Shown piece after piece: positions 30,539 through 40,175 of a stretch of 64,000 nucleotides of DNA (position 1 is its first letter; the number at the start of each line of letters is the position of its first letter). The position numbers and the translations under genes are program-made. The stretch is from an uncultured Chloroflexia bacterium (GTDB taxonomy: Bacteria > Chloroflexota > Limnocylindria > Limnocylindrales > CSP1-4), in NCBI GenBank assembly GCA_963708015.1, contig OY970185.1, forward strand, positions 211,984 to 275,983. The letters run 5' to 3'. Under the pieces are notes generated by a model. That model had not been told where the DNA came from. It was given only the letters and a program-made list of their open reading frames with translations, and searched no databases.

Positions 30539-31963
30539 ATGCCTGCGAGCCTGCCCGATCGGCCACCGTTCGCGCTGCGAGCCCGGATCCTGACTCCACT
30601 CGCCGGTGGCGGCAGTCGGTACGAGCCGGACGGCGCCGTCCTGGTTGGAGCGGACGGCCGGATCGAATTCGTGGGTCCGTGGGATCAGCTGATCGCGAAT
30701 CCGGCCGGGCCAGAGGCCGGCGGAGGGCAGCCACTCGCGATCGGCGCCGGGCGGGCCGGCCAGAGCCAGCCCGAAGGTGCTGCCCCAGTCCCGACCGTCG
30801 ACCTTCGGCCCTGGCTCGTGCTCCCCGGCCTGATCGACCTCCACGTCCACCTGCCCCAGGTGCCGCACGCCGGGCTGGGCTTCGGGATGCCCTTGCTGGA
30901 CTGGCTCCAGCGCTACGTCTTTCCACTCGAACGCGACTTCGACGAGGCCGCTGCCGAGGTCGTGGCCCCGGCCGTCTATCGCGCCTTCGCCGCGGCCGGG
31001 ACCACGACGGCCCTGATCTACGGGGCCGTCTACGAGCCCTCGATCGAGGTCGCGTTCCGGGCGGCCGAAGCCCACGGGCTCCGGGCGATCATCGGCAAGG
31101 TGATGATGGATCGGCTGACCTACGACGACACCCTCCGGCCCTCGGAGGTGCTCGACCTCTCGCTGCGCCAGTCGGCCGACCTGTGCGAGCGCTGGCACAT
31201 GCGGGACAATGGCCGGCTGCGCTATGCATTCACCCCGCGCTTCGCGGTCGCCTGCTCGGCCGACATGTTGCGCGAATCGGCCAGCCTGGCCCGAGCGGCC
31301 GGAGCGTACTGGCAGACCCACCTGGCCGAAGACCGGGCCGAGACGGCCGAGGTCCGGCGGCTGTTCCCCGAGGCGATCGACTACCTCGACGTGTACGACC
31401 GGGCGGGCGGCCTCGGGCCGAAGACAATCCTGGCCCACGCGATCCACCTGTCGGATCGCGAGGTGAACCGGCTGGCCGAGACGGAGACCCGGCTGGCCCA
31501 CTGCCCTGCCTCGAACCTGTTCCTCGCGTCGGGCACGATGCCCCTTGCCCGCTATCTCGACGCCGGCCTGGCCGTGGGCCTGGGCTCCGACGTGGCCGGC
31601 GGCCCGGACCTCTCGATCTTCGGCGCGATGCGCTTCGGGGGCTACGTCCAGAACGCCCTGCGAGTGGCCGGGACCGAGACCCGTCCGATCCTCGATCCGC
31701 TCGGCTGGCTTCGCCAGGCGACGTTCGAGGCGGCCCGCTGCCTCGGGCTCGAGGCCGAGATCGGTTCGATCGAGCCGGGCAAGGAGGCCGATCTGATCGC
31801 GGTCGATCCGGTCCTGGCCGCGCCGCCGGCCGCGGTCGAGCCGAACGGGCCGGCCGAGATCCTGAGCCAGCTGATCTTCCGCTCGCATCCGGACATGGTC
31901 CGCGGAGCCTGGGTCCGGGGCCGCCGGCTGGAGGGACCCGGCCGGGACCCAGTCGCGACATGA
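30539..31963 (+). CDS. guaD: guanine deaminase (amidohydrolase superfamily)
   Basis: Contains PGLIDLHVHLPQ (HxH), a ...HLAE... region, ILAHAIHLSDRE and GLGSDVAGG, the typical guanine/cytosine deaminase signatures. It fits the purine-catabolism context. Confidence 0.75.
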   Translation: MPASLPDRPPFALRARILTPLAGGGSRYEPDGAVLVGADGRIEFVGPWDQLIANPAGPEAGGGQPLAIGAGRAGQSQPEGAAPVPTVDLRPWLVLPGLIDLHVHLPQVPHAGLGFGMPLLDWLQRYVFPLERDFDEAAAEVVAPAVYRAFAAAGTTTALIYGAVYEPSIEVAFRAAEAHGLRAIIGKVMMDRLTYDDTLRPSEVLDLSLRQSADLCERWHMRDNGRLRYAFTPRFAVACSADMLRESASLARAAGAYWQTHLAEDRAETAEVRRLFPEAIDYLDVYDRAGGLGPKTILAHAIHLSDREVNRLAETETRLAHCPASNLFLASGTMPLARYLDAGLAVGLGSDVAGGPDLSIFGAMRFGGYVQNALRVAGTETRPILDPLGWLRQATFEAARCLGLEAEIGSIEPGKEADLIAVDPVLAAPPAAVEPNGPAEILSQLIFRSHPDMVRGAWVRGRRLEGPGRDPVAT

Positions 31964-31988
31964 GCCCGGCGACATGGACCCCGGCGGC

Positions 31989-33632
31989 ATGAGCCCAGTC
32001 GACATCCTGATCCGCGGTGGGACTGTGGTCGACGGGACCGGCTCACCCGGGCGTCCGGCCGACGTCGCGGTCTCGGGCGACCGCCTCCGGCTGATCGAAC
32101 GGGGCCAGGCGATCGGGGATGGGCCGCCTTCGGACGAGGCGCCGGCGCAAGAGCCCTGGCCCGACCCGCCCGGGCGGATCATCGAGGCGAGCGGTCGGAT
32201 CGTGGCGCCCGGCTTCATCGACCTGCACAGCCACTCCGGCCTGATAATCCTGGCCGAGCCGGAGCACGAGCCGAAGGTTCGCCAGGGGGTCACGACCGAG
32301 GTGATCGGGGTCGACGGCAACTCGTACGCGCCGTTCGACGATCCGGCCGACCTGGCCGCATTCGTCGAGCTGAATGCCGGCCTCGACGGCCATCCCGGGA
32401 TCTCGTACGACTGGGACCGCGTCGCGACCTACCTGACCCGCTTCGACCGGCAGGTCAGCGTGAACATCGCCTACCTCGTGGGCAACTCGGTCCTCCGGAT
32501 CAATGCCCTGGGCTGGAACGACATGCCGGCCGGACCCGCCGCGATCGAGCGGATGCGCTCGCTGCTTGCCGAGGCAATGGCCGAGGGTGCCTTCGGGCTG
32601 AGTTCGGGCCTCGACTACCCGCCGGGCTCGTTCGCCACGACCGGGGAGCTGGCCGCCTTGACCCGCGAGGCCGGCCGGCTGGGCGGGTTCTACCACACCC
32701 ACGTCCGCTATCCGCTCGGCGACGGCTACCTCGATCCGTTCCGCGAGGCGATCGAGATCGGCCGGCTGGGCCAGGCCCCGGCCCACATCACCCATTTCTA
32801 TCACCGGGCCACGTTCCCGGGCGGCCCGGAGTCGATGCTCGAGCTGGTCGATCGAGCGCGGGCCACCGGGCAGGACGTCACGTTCGACTCGTATCCCTCC
32901 GAGTGGGCCAGCACCCGGCTCCTGATCCTGATCCCGCCGTGGGTCCAGGAGGGTGGCCCGGCGCCGACGAAGGAGCGCCTGGCCGACCCGGCGGTTCGCC
33001 GGCGGATCCGGCGAGAGCTGGCCGAGCGGGGCACCCTGTTCGCCGGCAGCGCCGGGTTGGCCGGCGTCCGGGTCGGCTACTTCGCCCGGCCGGAGAACCT
33101 CCGCTGGGAGGGCTGGAGCCTGGGCGCGATCCAGGCCGAGACGGGCAAGGAGGCGGTCGACCTCGTGTGCGACCTGCTCCTGGCCGAGGAGCTCCGCCTG
33201 AACGAGGTCACGCCCGGCCCGAACCGGGCGACGATGCCGCCGTTCTTCCGCCACCCGGTCGGCATGGTCGGGACCGATTCGACCTTCGTCGGGGTAAAGC
33301 CGAGCCCGCGGACGTACGGCTCGTTTCCCAGGATCCTGGGCGAGTTCGTCCGGGAGGAGCATCTGCTGAGCCTCGAGGAGGCGGTCCGCAAGATGACCTC
33401 GGCCCCGGCCGCCCGGCTCGGGATCACCGACCGCGGCCGGCTGGCCGATGGCCTGCTGGCCGACGTTGTCGTGTTCGATCCCGCTCGAATCCGGAGTGAA
33501 GCCACGGTCGATGAGCCGCGCCGGTTCCCCGAAGGGATCGAGCAGGTGATCGTCAACGGGACCCTCGTGGTCGATGGAGGCCGGCACACCGGCGCGACGC
33601 CGGGCCGGGCCCTCCGCCATCGGCGGAGCTGA
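31989..33632 (+). CDS. N-acyl-D-amino-acid deacylase family amidohydrolase (D-aminoacylase-like)
   Basis: Contains PGFIDLHSHS and GVTTEV, and a C-terminal region like D-aminoacylase. The start was set at Met6 of the ORF. Confidence 0.7.
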   Translation: MSPVDILIRGGTVVDGTGSPGRPADVAVSGDRLRLIERGQAIGDGPPSDEAPAQEPWPDPPGRIIEASGRIVAPGFIDLHSHSGLIILAEPEHEPKVRQGVTTEVIGVDGNSYAPFDDPADLAAFVELNAGLDGHPGISYDWDRVATYLTRFDRQVSVNIAYLVGNSVLRINALGWNDMPAGPAAIERMRSLLAEAMAEGAFGLSSGLDYPPGSFATTGELAALTREAGRLGGFYHTHVRYPLGDGYLDPFREAIEIGRLGQAPAHITHFYHRATFPGGPESMLELVDRARATGQDVTFDSYPSEWASTRLLILIPPWVQEGGPAPTKERLADPAVRRRIRRELAERGTLFAGSAGLAGVRVGYFARPENLRWEGWSLGAIQAETGKEAVDLVCDLLLAEELRLNEVTPGPNRATMPPFFRHPVGMVGTDSTFVGVKPSPRTYGSFPRILGEFVREEHLLSLEEAVRKMTSAPAARLGITDRGRLADGLLADVVVFDPARIRSEATVDEPRRFPEGIEQVIVNGTLVVDGGRHTGATPGRALRHRRS

Positions 33633-33635
33633 GGG

Positions 33636-36245
33636 TCAGCCGCCGGCCAGGAAGTAGCCGGTCACGTCGAACAGGACCTGGGCCGTGGCTCCCTTCGGGC
33701 CGACGTACGTGACCCACAGCTTGCCGCCCGTCCCGAGCCCTGCGGCCAGTCCGTTCGCCCGCGTATCGCCCAGCGGGAAGTTGATCGTCGAGGTCCCCGG
33801 CTTCGTGGTCGCCACGGAGGTCAGGGCCACGTAGCCCGCCGCCGTCTGTCCGGTCACGGTCAGGTTGCCGGTCACGGCGATCGCCGCGTCGGGCACGTTG
33901 AAGGCCGGGTTCGTGGCCTGGCCGGTCGCCCCGAAGGTCGCCGGCGTGCCCGCCTTGACCGCCCCGCTGGTGAGCCCGATCTTGGAGCGGGAGTCAACCA
34001 GCCGACTGGGGTCGACCGCGAACCAAGTCGCGCCGGTCGAGCCGGGCAGGAAGTAGCCGGTCACGTCGAACAGCACCTGGGCCGTGGTCCCCTTGTGAGC
34101 GATATACGTGACCGACAGCTTGCCGCCGGCTCCGAGGGCGATCGTCACCCCATTCGCCCGAGTGTCACCCAGGGGGAAGTTGATCGTCGACGTCGTCGGC
34201 TTGGCCGTTGCCACCGAGGTCAGGGCAAGGTAGCCGGCCGCGGTCTGGCCGGTCACGGTCAGGTTGCCGGTCACGGCCACGGCCTCGGCCGGGATCCCCT
34301 TCAAGCCGGTGACCTGGAAGGTGCTGGGTGTGCCGGCCTCAACCGCCCCGCCGGTCAGGCCGGTCTTCGAGCGGCTGTCGACCAGGCGGGTCGCGGCGAG
34401 CGGGAAGTAGCTTGCTCCCGAGGCGCCGGGCAGGTAGTAGCCGGTCACGTCGAAGATCGCCTGGGCGCTCGACCCGGAGTGGGCGATGTACACGAGGCCG
34501 AGCTTGCCCCCGCTGCCCAGGGGGATCGTGACGCCGTTCGCCCGGGTATCGCCGAGCGGGAAGTTCAGGGTCGAGTAGCCCGGCTTGTTCGTGGCGACCG
34601 AGGTCAGAGCGAAGTAGCCGGGCGCCGTCTGGCCGGTCACGGTCAGGTTGCCGGTGACCGCGACCGCATCGGCCGGAACCGGGTTGGCGCCAACGCCCGT
34701 CACCTGGAAGGTGCTCGCGACCCCGGCCTTCAACGCGCCGTGGGTCAGGCCCTTCTTCGTCCGGGTGTCCACCAGGCGGCTGGGGCTCAGGGCGAAGTAG
34801 GTCGCCCCGGGGATCGAGACCACCGGGGTCACGGCTGCGCTGGCGGCCGAGGTCGCCCCCGGTCCGGACTCGTTCGTGGCCACGACCGTGAACGTGTAGG
34901 CCGTCCCGTTGGTCAACCCGGTTACCGTGCAGAACAGCCCGGTCTTCGTCGAGCAGGTCCGGCCACCGGGGGCGGCCATCACGGCGTAGGTCGCGATCGT
35001 GCCGCCGCCGTCATTGGCCGGGGGCAGCCAGGTCACGTAGGCCGAGGCGTCGAGGGGCGTCGCGGCAACCCCGGTCGGGGCGTCCGGCGGAGCCGGCAGG
35101 ACGGTCAGCTTGGCCAGCGTCGTCCGGGTCAATCCCCCGCCGACGCCCTGGATCGTTGGCGAGACGACCCCGGGCGGGGTGACCGTGGGCACGTTCGAGG
35201 TCGTGATCGTCAGGGTCGAGGTCGTGCCGGTGACCGGGTTCGGGCTGAATGCCGCGGTCGTGCCACTGGGCATCGCGCTGGCAACCGACAGGGTCACCGG
35301 CGGCACGAACTCGGTCCGGTTCACGTTGATCGTGAAGGTGGTCGTTGCGCCCCGGGTGACCGACTGGCCGGCAGGGTTGGCGACCACGGCAAAGTCTGGG
35401 TGGTAGGTCACGGGCGTCAGGTCCGTCCCGACGAACCGGTCGAGATCGACGCAGCCGGTCGTGATCCCGGCCACGTGGCCGCAGTCGGTGTACTGCCAGA
35501 ACGTCCAGCCGTTGCCGCTCCAGTTGTTGGCCGGCACGGTCGGGCTGGTCACGCCCCAGTTGGCAATCCAGAGGACCTTGTAGCCGGCCTGGGCGATGCT
35601 CGTGTTGTTGGCCATCTTGGTCGACCAGAAGCTCGGGCTGACGTAGATCATCGGCTGGATCCCGAGCTTGGCGGTGACCTCGTCGAGCCAGGCCCGGACC
35701 CAGACCTGGAGCACGGCCGGGCTGAGCGCGCCGGTCTGCTCGAGATCGAGGGCAGGCAGCAGGTTGCCGGGGGTCAGCCCGGCGACCGCCACGTAGTGGT
35801 CAGCCTCCGCGACGGCCTCGCCCGGGCTCGAGTCCGGCGAGGCGAAGTGATAGGCGGCCATTGGGATGCCGACAGCCATCGCGCCCGCCCGGTTGGTCGC
35901 GTACTTCGGATCGACGAAGCCGGTCCCCTCGGTCGCCTTCATCACGACGAACTGCTTGCCGGCCGCCTTGACCTGGGGCCAGTTGATCGTGGCCTGCCAG
36001 CTACTCACGTCGAGCCCTTCGAGGGGCGCGACGACCGAGGCCCGCAGGCTCGGGCTGCCGCTGCCGGGACTTCCGCCCAGGCCGGGCTGGACCTTGACCG
36101 CGGGCCTCGGTGGCGGGCTCGGCGAAGCGGCCCGAACGCCAACCGGTCCGAGGGATGCAGCCAGGATCAACAGGATCGCCGTCAGGATCCCGGCGTACCG
36201 AGCCGACTGGGGTCGGACTCGGACACGCTCGCTATCTCGTGTCAC
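33636..36245 (-). CDS. secreted GH25 muramidase (lysozyme) - FN3 domain - three tandem ~130-aa repeat domains
   Basis: A signal peptide is followed by the GH25 core (GLDVSSWQATINWPQVKAAGKQFVVMKATEGTGFVDP ... DLDRF). An FN3-like region reads APPDAPTGVAATPLDASAYVTW...TNGTAYTFTVVATN. It is followed by three copies of [A(T/S)YF.L...RLVD.R.K.GLT.GA.KAG...F.VTG.....A.AVTGNLTVTGQTA.GY.ALTSVAT.KP..ST.NFPLGDTRANG..I.LG.GGKL...YIA..G..AQ..FDVTGY.LPG]. Confidence 0.8.
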   Translation of the reverse strand: MTRDSERVRVRPQSARYAGILTAILLILAASLGPVGVRAASPSPPPRPAVKVQPGLGGSPGSGSPSLRASVVAPLEGLDVSSWQATINWPQVKAAGKQFVVMKATEGTGFVDPKYATNRAGAMAVGIPMAAYHFASPDSSPGEAVAEADHYVAVAGLTPGNLLPALDLEQTGALSPAVLQVWVRAWLDEVTAKLGIQPMIYVSPSFWSTKMANNTSIAQAGYKVLWIANWGVTSPTVPANNWSGNGWTFWQYTDCGHVAGITTGCVDLDRFVGTDLTPVTYHPDFAVVANPAGQSVTRGATTTFTINVNRTEFVPPVTLSVASAMPSGTTAAFSPNPVTGTTSTLTITTSNVPTVTPPGVVSPTIQGVGGGLTRTTLAKLTVLPAPPDAPTGVAATPLDASAYVTWLPPANDGGGTIATYAVMAAPGGRTCSTKTGLFCTVTGLTNGTAYTFTVVATNESGPGATSAASAAVTPVVSIPGATYFALSPSRLVDTRTKKGLTHGALKAGVASTFQVTGVGANPVPADAVAVTGNLTVTGQTAPGYFALTSVATNKPGYSTLNFPLGDTRANGVTIPLGSGGKLGLVYIAHSGSSAQAIFDVTGYYLPGASGASYFPLAATRLVDSRSKTGLTGGAVEAGTPSTFQVTGLKGIPAEAVAVTGNLTVTGQTAAGYLALTSVATAKPTTSTINFPLGDTRANGVTIALGAGGKLSVTYIAHKGTTAQVLFDVTGYFLPGSTGATWFAVDPSRLVDSRSKIGLTSGAVKAGTPATFGATGQATNPAFNVPDAAIAVTGNLTVTGQTAAGYVALTSVATTKPGTSTINFPLGDTRANGLAAGLGTGGKLWVTYVGPKGATAQVLFDVTGYFLAGG
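33639..34815. repeat. three intragenic tandem DNA repeats (~384, ~384 and ~399 nt) that encode the C-terminal repeat domains of the GH25 protein
   Basis: The unit-end motif caggaagtagccggtcacgtcgaaca recurs at about 33648, 34047 and 34431. The encoded units are 128-133 aa and highly similar. Confidence 0.7.
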
Positions 36246-36312
36246 AAGGCATCATCGGTGCGGAGCCCCATCCTGGACCGCCAGGCGGACGCACACCATA
36301 ACCCCATCGGAC

Positions 36313-36337
36313 CAGTCATGACCGCCATGGGTCATGT
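36313..36337. promoter_or_regulatory. 7-bp inverted repeat CATGACC-gccatg-GGTCATG upstream of the GH25 gene
   Basis: Read from the sequence. It lies about 70-90 nt upstream of the start of the 36245 minus-strand gene, and the spacer contains CCATGG. Confidence 0.25.
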
Positions 36338-36408
36338 CGCCGCAGGCGAGTTTCCGGGTTGGACGCCCCGGCGACGTACCGGGGCGATCGAGCCCCGAGA
36401 CCGACGGG

Positions 36409-37731
36409 CTACCGAGCGATCGAGCCCGAGATCGACGCGCCCCAGCCGGCCCCCAGCCGCAGGACCTGGTGCTCCCGGACGATGTGGCCGCTCGAGCTGT
36501 TGACCGTGTCGACCACCAGGCGAGAACGGTCGTAGACAAGATCCCAGTCGATCGCCCGGTGAGCCGTCACCACCACGATCACGTCCGCCCAGTCGACGAT
36601 CGCTGCCAGGTCGACGCTCCGGTGGGTCTCGCCGTCGGCATCCCGGAAGGTGGCGACATGGGGATCGTGGTAGCGGACGTCACCGCCGCGGGCAGTCAGC
36701 CCCGAGATCACATCGCGCGCCGGCGAGTTCCGCGCATCCTGGACATTCGCCTTGAAGGCGACCCCGAGGATGCCCACCTTTGCGCCTTTCAGGGCCAGGC
36801 TGTGCTCGTTGAGCGCCTCGGCCACCAGGTCGACCACGTGGCGGGGCATGGCGAAGTTGATGTCGGCGGCCGTCTCGATGAACCGATCGATGAAGTCGAA
36901 CTCGCGGGCGCGCCACGAGAGGTAATACGGGTCGACCGGGATGCAGTGGCCGCCAACGCCCGGACCCGGGCTGAAGCGCATGAACCCGAATGGCTTGGTG
37001 GCAGCCGCGTCAATGACCTCCCAGACGTCGAGGCCCATCCGCTCGCAGAGCAGTGCAAGCTGGTTGACAAAGGCGATGTTGATGTTCCGAAAGACGTTCT
37101 CGAGGAGCTTGGCCAACTCGGCCGCGTCGGGCGACGACAGCTCCAGGACCTGGTCGTTGATCTCCGAGAGCAGGACGGCGGCGCGGCGGGTGGCAGCCGG
37201 CGTCGTCGCGCCGACCAGGCGAGGGACGATCCGGGAGGCACTGGCCGGGTCGCCCGGATTGACTCGCTCGGGGGCATAGCCCAGGTCGAAGTCGCGGCCG
37301 GCGACCAGCCCGCCCATCTCGATTGCCTCGCGGAAGGCCCCCGTCGTGGTGCCGGGGAACGTCGTCGACTGGAGGACGACGAGCTGGCCCGGGCGGAGGT
37401 GCTCGCGGATGAAGGAGGCGGCCGTGAGCACGGGTCCAAGGTCGGGATCCTTGGTCGTCGTGATCGGTGTCGGGACACACACGAAGATCGCGTCCGCCTT
37501 GGCCAGGCTTGCCGAGTCGGGCCCGACAACGGACAGGCCGGAATCCAGGGCCGCCCCGAGGCGTTCGTCGGAGATGTCGTCGATCGGCGACGTTCGCGCG
37601 TTCAACTCGGCCACGCGCCCGGCGAAGGCGTCGATCCCCTCGACCTGGTGGCCAGCTTCGACGAACGAGATGGCGAGGGGCAGGCCGGTGTAGCCGAGGC
37701 CGATCACGGCGAGACGAGTGTCGGTTGTCAT
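36409..37731 (-). CDS. nucleotide-sugar dehydrogenase (UDP-glucose/GDP-mannose dehydrogenase family; UDP-N-acetyl-hexosamine dehydrogenase-like)
   Basis: The N-terminal Rossmann motif is LAVIGLGYTGLPLA. The catalytic Cys region is FSPGPGVGGHCIPVDPYYL, and a C-terminal UDP-binding domain follows. The start was set at Met32 (MTTDTRLAVIG). Confidence 0.85.
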   Translation of the reverse strand: MTTDTRLAVIGLGYTGLPLAISFVEAGHQVEGIDAFAGRVAELNARTSPIDDISDERLGAALDSGLSVVGPDSASLAKADAIFVCVPTPITTTKDPDLGPVLTAASFIREHLRPGQLVVLQSTTFPGTTTGAFREAIEMGGLVAGRDFDLGYAPERVNPGDPASASRIVPRLVGATTPAATRRAAVLLSEINDQVLELSSPDAAELAKLLENVFRNINIAFVNQLALLCERMGLDVWEVIDAAATKPFGFMRFSPGPGVGGHCIPVDPYYLSWRAREFDFIDRFIETAADINFAMPRHVVDLVAEALNEHSLALKGAKVGILGVAFKANVQDARNSPARDVISGLTARGGDVRYHDPHVATFRDADGETHRSVDLAAIVDWADVIVVVTAHRAIDWDLVYDRSRLVVDTVNSSSGHIVREHQVLRLGAGWGASISGSIAR

Positions 37732-37792
37732 GCTTGGAAGCCTAGCGGATGGCCCGACGGCGCCGGGAACGGCACCGCCCACCGGACTTCGC

Positions 37793-39898
37793 TCAGCCGC
37801 CGGCGCCAATGACCGCGGAGGCACCGACCGAGGTGAGCTCGGCCTGGACCGCCATGACCGGGACTCCAGCCTCGGCCGTCAGCACGGCGGGCTCGGGCAT
37901 CCGGGCGACCTCGTCCTGCCTCGCCGGGCCGATGCTCAGGCCACGGGCGTAGTCGAGCAGGACGCCGCGCAGGAGGTCCTCGTTGTTGCCGCTCGCCAGC
38001 GCCATCAGCCCAAGCACATCCTCGCGGATGTCCCTGGGCGCCCGGTCGGCCGCGGCCCGCAGGACCTTCGGGTTTTCGGTCGGCTCGACCGTCTCCGAGG
38101 CGTAGAACAGCTCTTCGTGGAGCTTCTCCCCGGGCCGCAGTCCGACGATCTCGAAGGGCTGGCTGTCGGGGTCGCGGCCGGCCAGCCGGACGAGGTCGCG
38201 GGCCAGGTCCATGATCTTGACCGGCTCGCCCATGTCCAGCACGAACAGGTCGCCCGACCGGGCCAGGGAGGCGGCGTCCAGGATCAGCCAGGCGGCCTCG
38301 GGAATCGTCATGAAGAAGCGGGTCATCGCCGGGTCGGTGATCGTGAGCGGCTCGCCGTTCTCGAGCTGCTCCTGGAAGATCGGCACGACGCTGCCGTTCG
38401 AGCCCAGGACGTTGCCAAAGCGGACCGACACGTAGGGTCGCCCGGTTCGCTCGGCCGTATCGGCGACGAGCATCTCGGCGACTCGCTTGCTGGCGCCCAT
38501 GACGCTCGACGGGCGGACGGCCTTGTCGGTAGAGACGAGCACGAAGCGCTCGACCCCGGCGGCCTCGGCCGCGTCGAGGACCGCCTGGGTCCCGGCCACG
38601 TTGACGTACATCGCGTCGGACGGATGGGCCTCCATCATCGGCACGTGCTTGTAGGCGGCGGCATGGAAGATCACCCTGGGCGCCTCGACCGAGATCAGCT
38701 TGTCCATGGCCGCCCGGTTGGTGATGTTGGCCAGGGCCGTGTGGACGTCGACCCGGGTATGGCCGTGGACGTCGCGCAGCTCGAGCTCGCGCTCGAGCAG
38801 GTAGAGCGGGCTTTCGGCCCGGTCGACCAGGACCAGCCGGCGAGGACCGAGCGAGAAGACCTGCCGGGCAAGCTCCGAGCCGATCGAGCCGGCCGCACCG
38901 GTGATCAGGACGGTTTGATCCCGGATGATCTCGGCGACGCCTGCGACATGATCCTTGACGATCGGACGGCGGAGCAGGTCCTCGACCCGGATCCGGCGCA
39001 TCCGGTTGGCGGCGGTCGTGCCATCGAGCAGGTCGGTCACGGGCGGGACGATCCGCACGTCGAGGCCGAGGGCCATCGCCGATTCGACGACCGGGCGGAC
39101 CGCCGCTCCGGGCGCGCTCGGCATCGTGATCAGGAGCGTTCGGGCTCCGGTCAGCTCGGAGGCCCGGGTCAGCTGGTCACTGGCCCCGAACACGCGCAGG
39201 CCCGCCACGTACTTGCCTCGGAGGGCCGGATCGTCATCGAGGAAGCCGACCGGGACCACGCCGGTGCCGGGATTGCGCTCGGCCGAGCGGGCCATCAGCA
39301 CCCCCGTCCGGCCGGCGCCGTAAAGCAGCGTCAGGTGCTGGCCGGTGGTGGCTCCAGCGGGTGTCTCCGGCGACCAGTCGAAGGCAGCCCGGATCGTGAA
39401 CCGGACCCCGCCCAGGATCGCGATCGCGAGGAGCATCTCGAGCGGCCAGAACGAGCGGGGGAAGGCCCCCGGCATGTCCGCCGGCGCGATCGCCACCAGG
39501 CTGTAGAAGAGGATCATGCAGGCGATCGTGCCGATGACCATCGCGGCTGCGATCTGGAAGACATCCGGGATGCTGGCGAAGCGCCAGCCGCGGCTGTACA
39601 GGCCGAGCTGGCTGTTGCAGGCGGTTCGGACGGCCATCAGCAGGAGGATCGTGGGCAGGACCGGGCCGATCAGGGCCGGTCCGGGCAGCACGTCGTAGCG
39701 CAGGCCGAGGGCGAGGCAGGCAGCAGCAAAGATCCCGACCAGGTCGATGAGCAGCAGGTGGCGGGCCTGGAGCCGGCGGGCCACACGGGCGATCACGGCA
39801 CCACCCGTCCTGGACGGTGCTGACCGGTAATCGGATCCTGGCGATCGGTGTGTGACATCGGCGAGGCGAACCGAAAGGCGAGACAGGCGGCGAGACAC
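37793..39898 (-). CDS. polysaccharide biosynthesis protein CapD/WbpM/PglF-like (membrane-bound nucleotide-sugar 4,6-dehydratase)
   Basis: Four N-terminal TM helices are followed by two Rossmann domains (LITGAAGSIGSEL; the YKHV..E region). The true start is probably the GTG near 39796 (VIARVARRLQARHLLLIDLVG). Confidence 0.8.
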   Translation of the reverse strand: MSRRLSRLSVRLADVTHRSPGSDYRSAPSRTGGAVIARVARRLQARHLLLIDLVGIFAAACLALGLRYDVLPGPALIGPVLPTILLLMAVRTACNSQLGLYSRGWRFASIPDVFQIAAAMVIGTIACMILFYSLVAIAPADMPGAFPRSFWPLEMLLAIAILGGVRFTIRAAFDWSPETPAGATTGQHLTLLYGAGRTGVLMARSAERNPGTGVVPVGFLDDDPALRGKYVAGLRVFGASDQLTRASELTGARTLLITMPSAPGAAVRPVVESAMALGLDVRIVPPVTDLLDGTTAANRMRRIRVEDLLRRPIVKDHVAGVAEIIRDQTVLITGAAGSIGSELARQVFSLGPRRLVLVDRAESPLYLLERELELRDVHGHTRVDVHTALANITNRAAMDKLISVEAPRVIFHAAAYKHVPMMEAHPSDAMYVNVAGTQAVLDAAEAAGVERFVLVSTDKAVRPSSVMGASKRVAEMLVADTAERTGRPYVSVRFGNVLGSNGSVVPIFQEQLENGEPLTITDPAMTRFFMTIPEAAWLILDAASLARSGDLFVLDMGEPVKIMDLARDLVRLAGRDPDSQPFEIVGLRPGEKLHEELFYASETVEPTENPKVLRAAADRAPRDIREDVLGLMALASGNNEDLLRGVLLDYARGLSIGPARQDEVARMPEPAVLTAEAGVPVMAVQAELTSVGASAVIGAGG

Positions 39899-40175
39899 GA
39901 GAATCCCCGGGCACGGAGATCGCTACGGCTAGGACGCTGCGACCAAGTGACGCGTGGATAATCGTCCCGGTGCGTGCGCGACTCGCCCTGGTCCTCGGGG
40001 ACGCGCCACACCCGGAACCCTGGGATCGCGACTGCCCGAAGCGCCTGGATAACTCGGATGAAGGCAACGCTTCAGGACCGCAAACGATAGGCCATCCGGG
40101 TCGCCGGGGCCAGTACTTTTCGGTAAATTCGGGCGTGGAACCGTTGCGCCAGAGCACCATTCGGAAAGGGACTCG

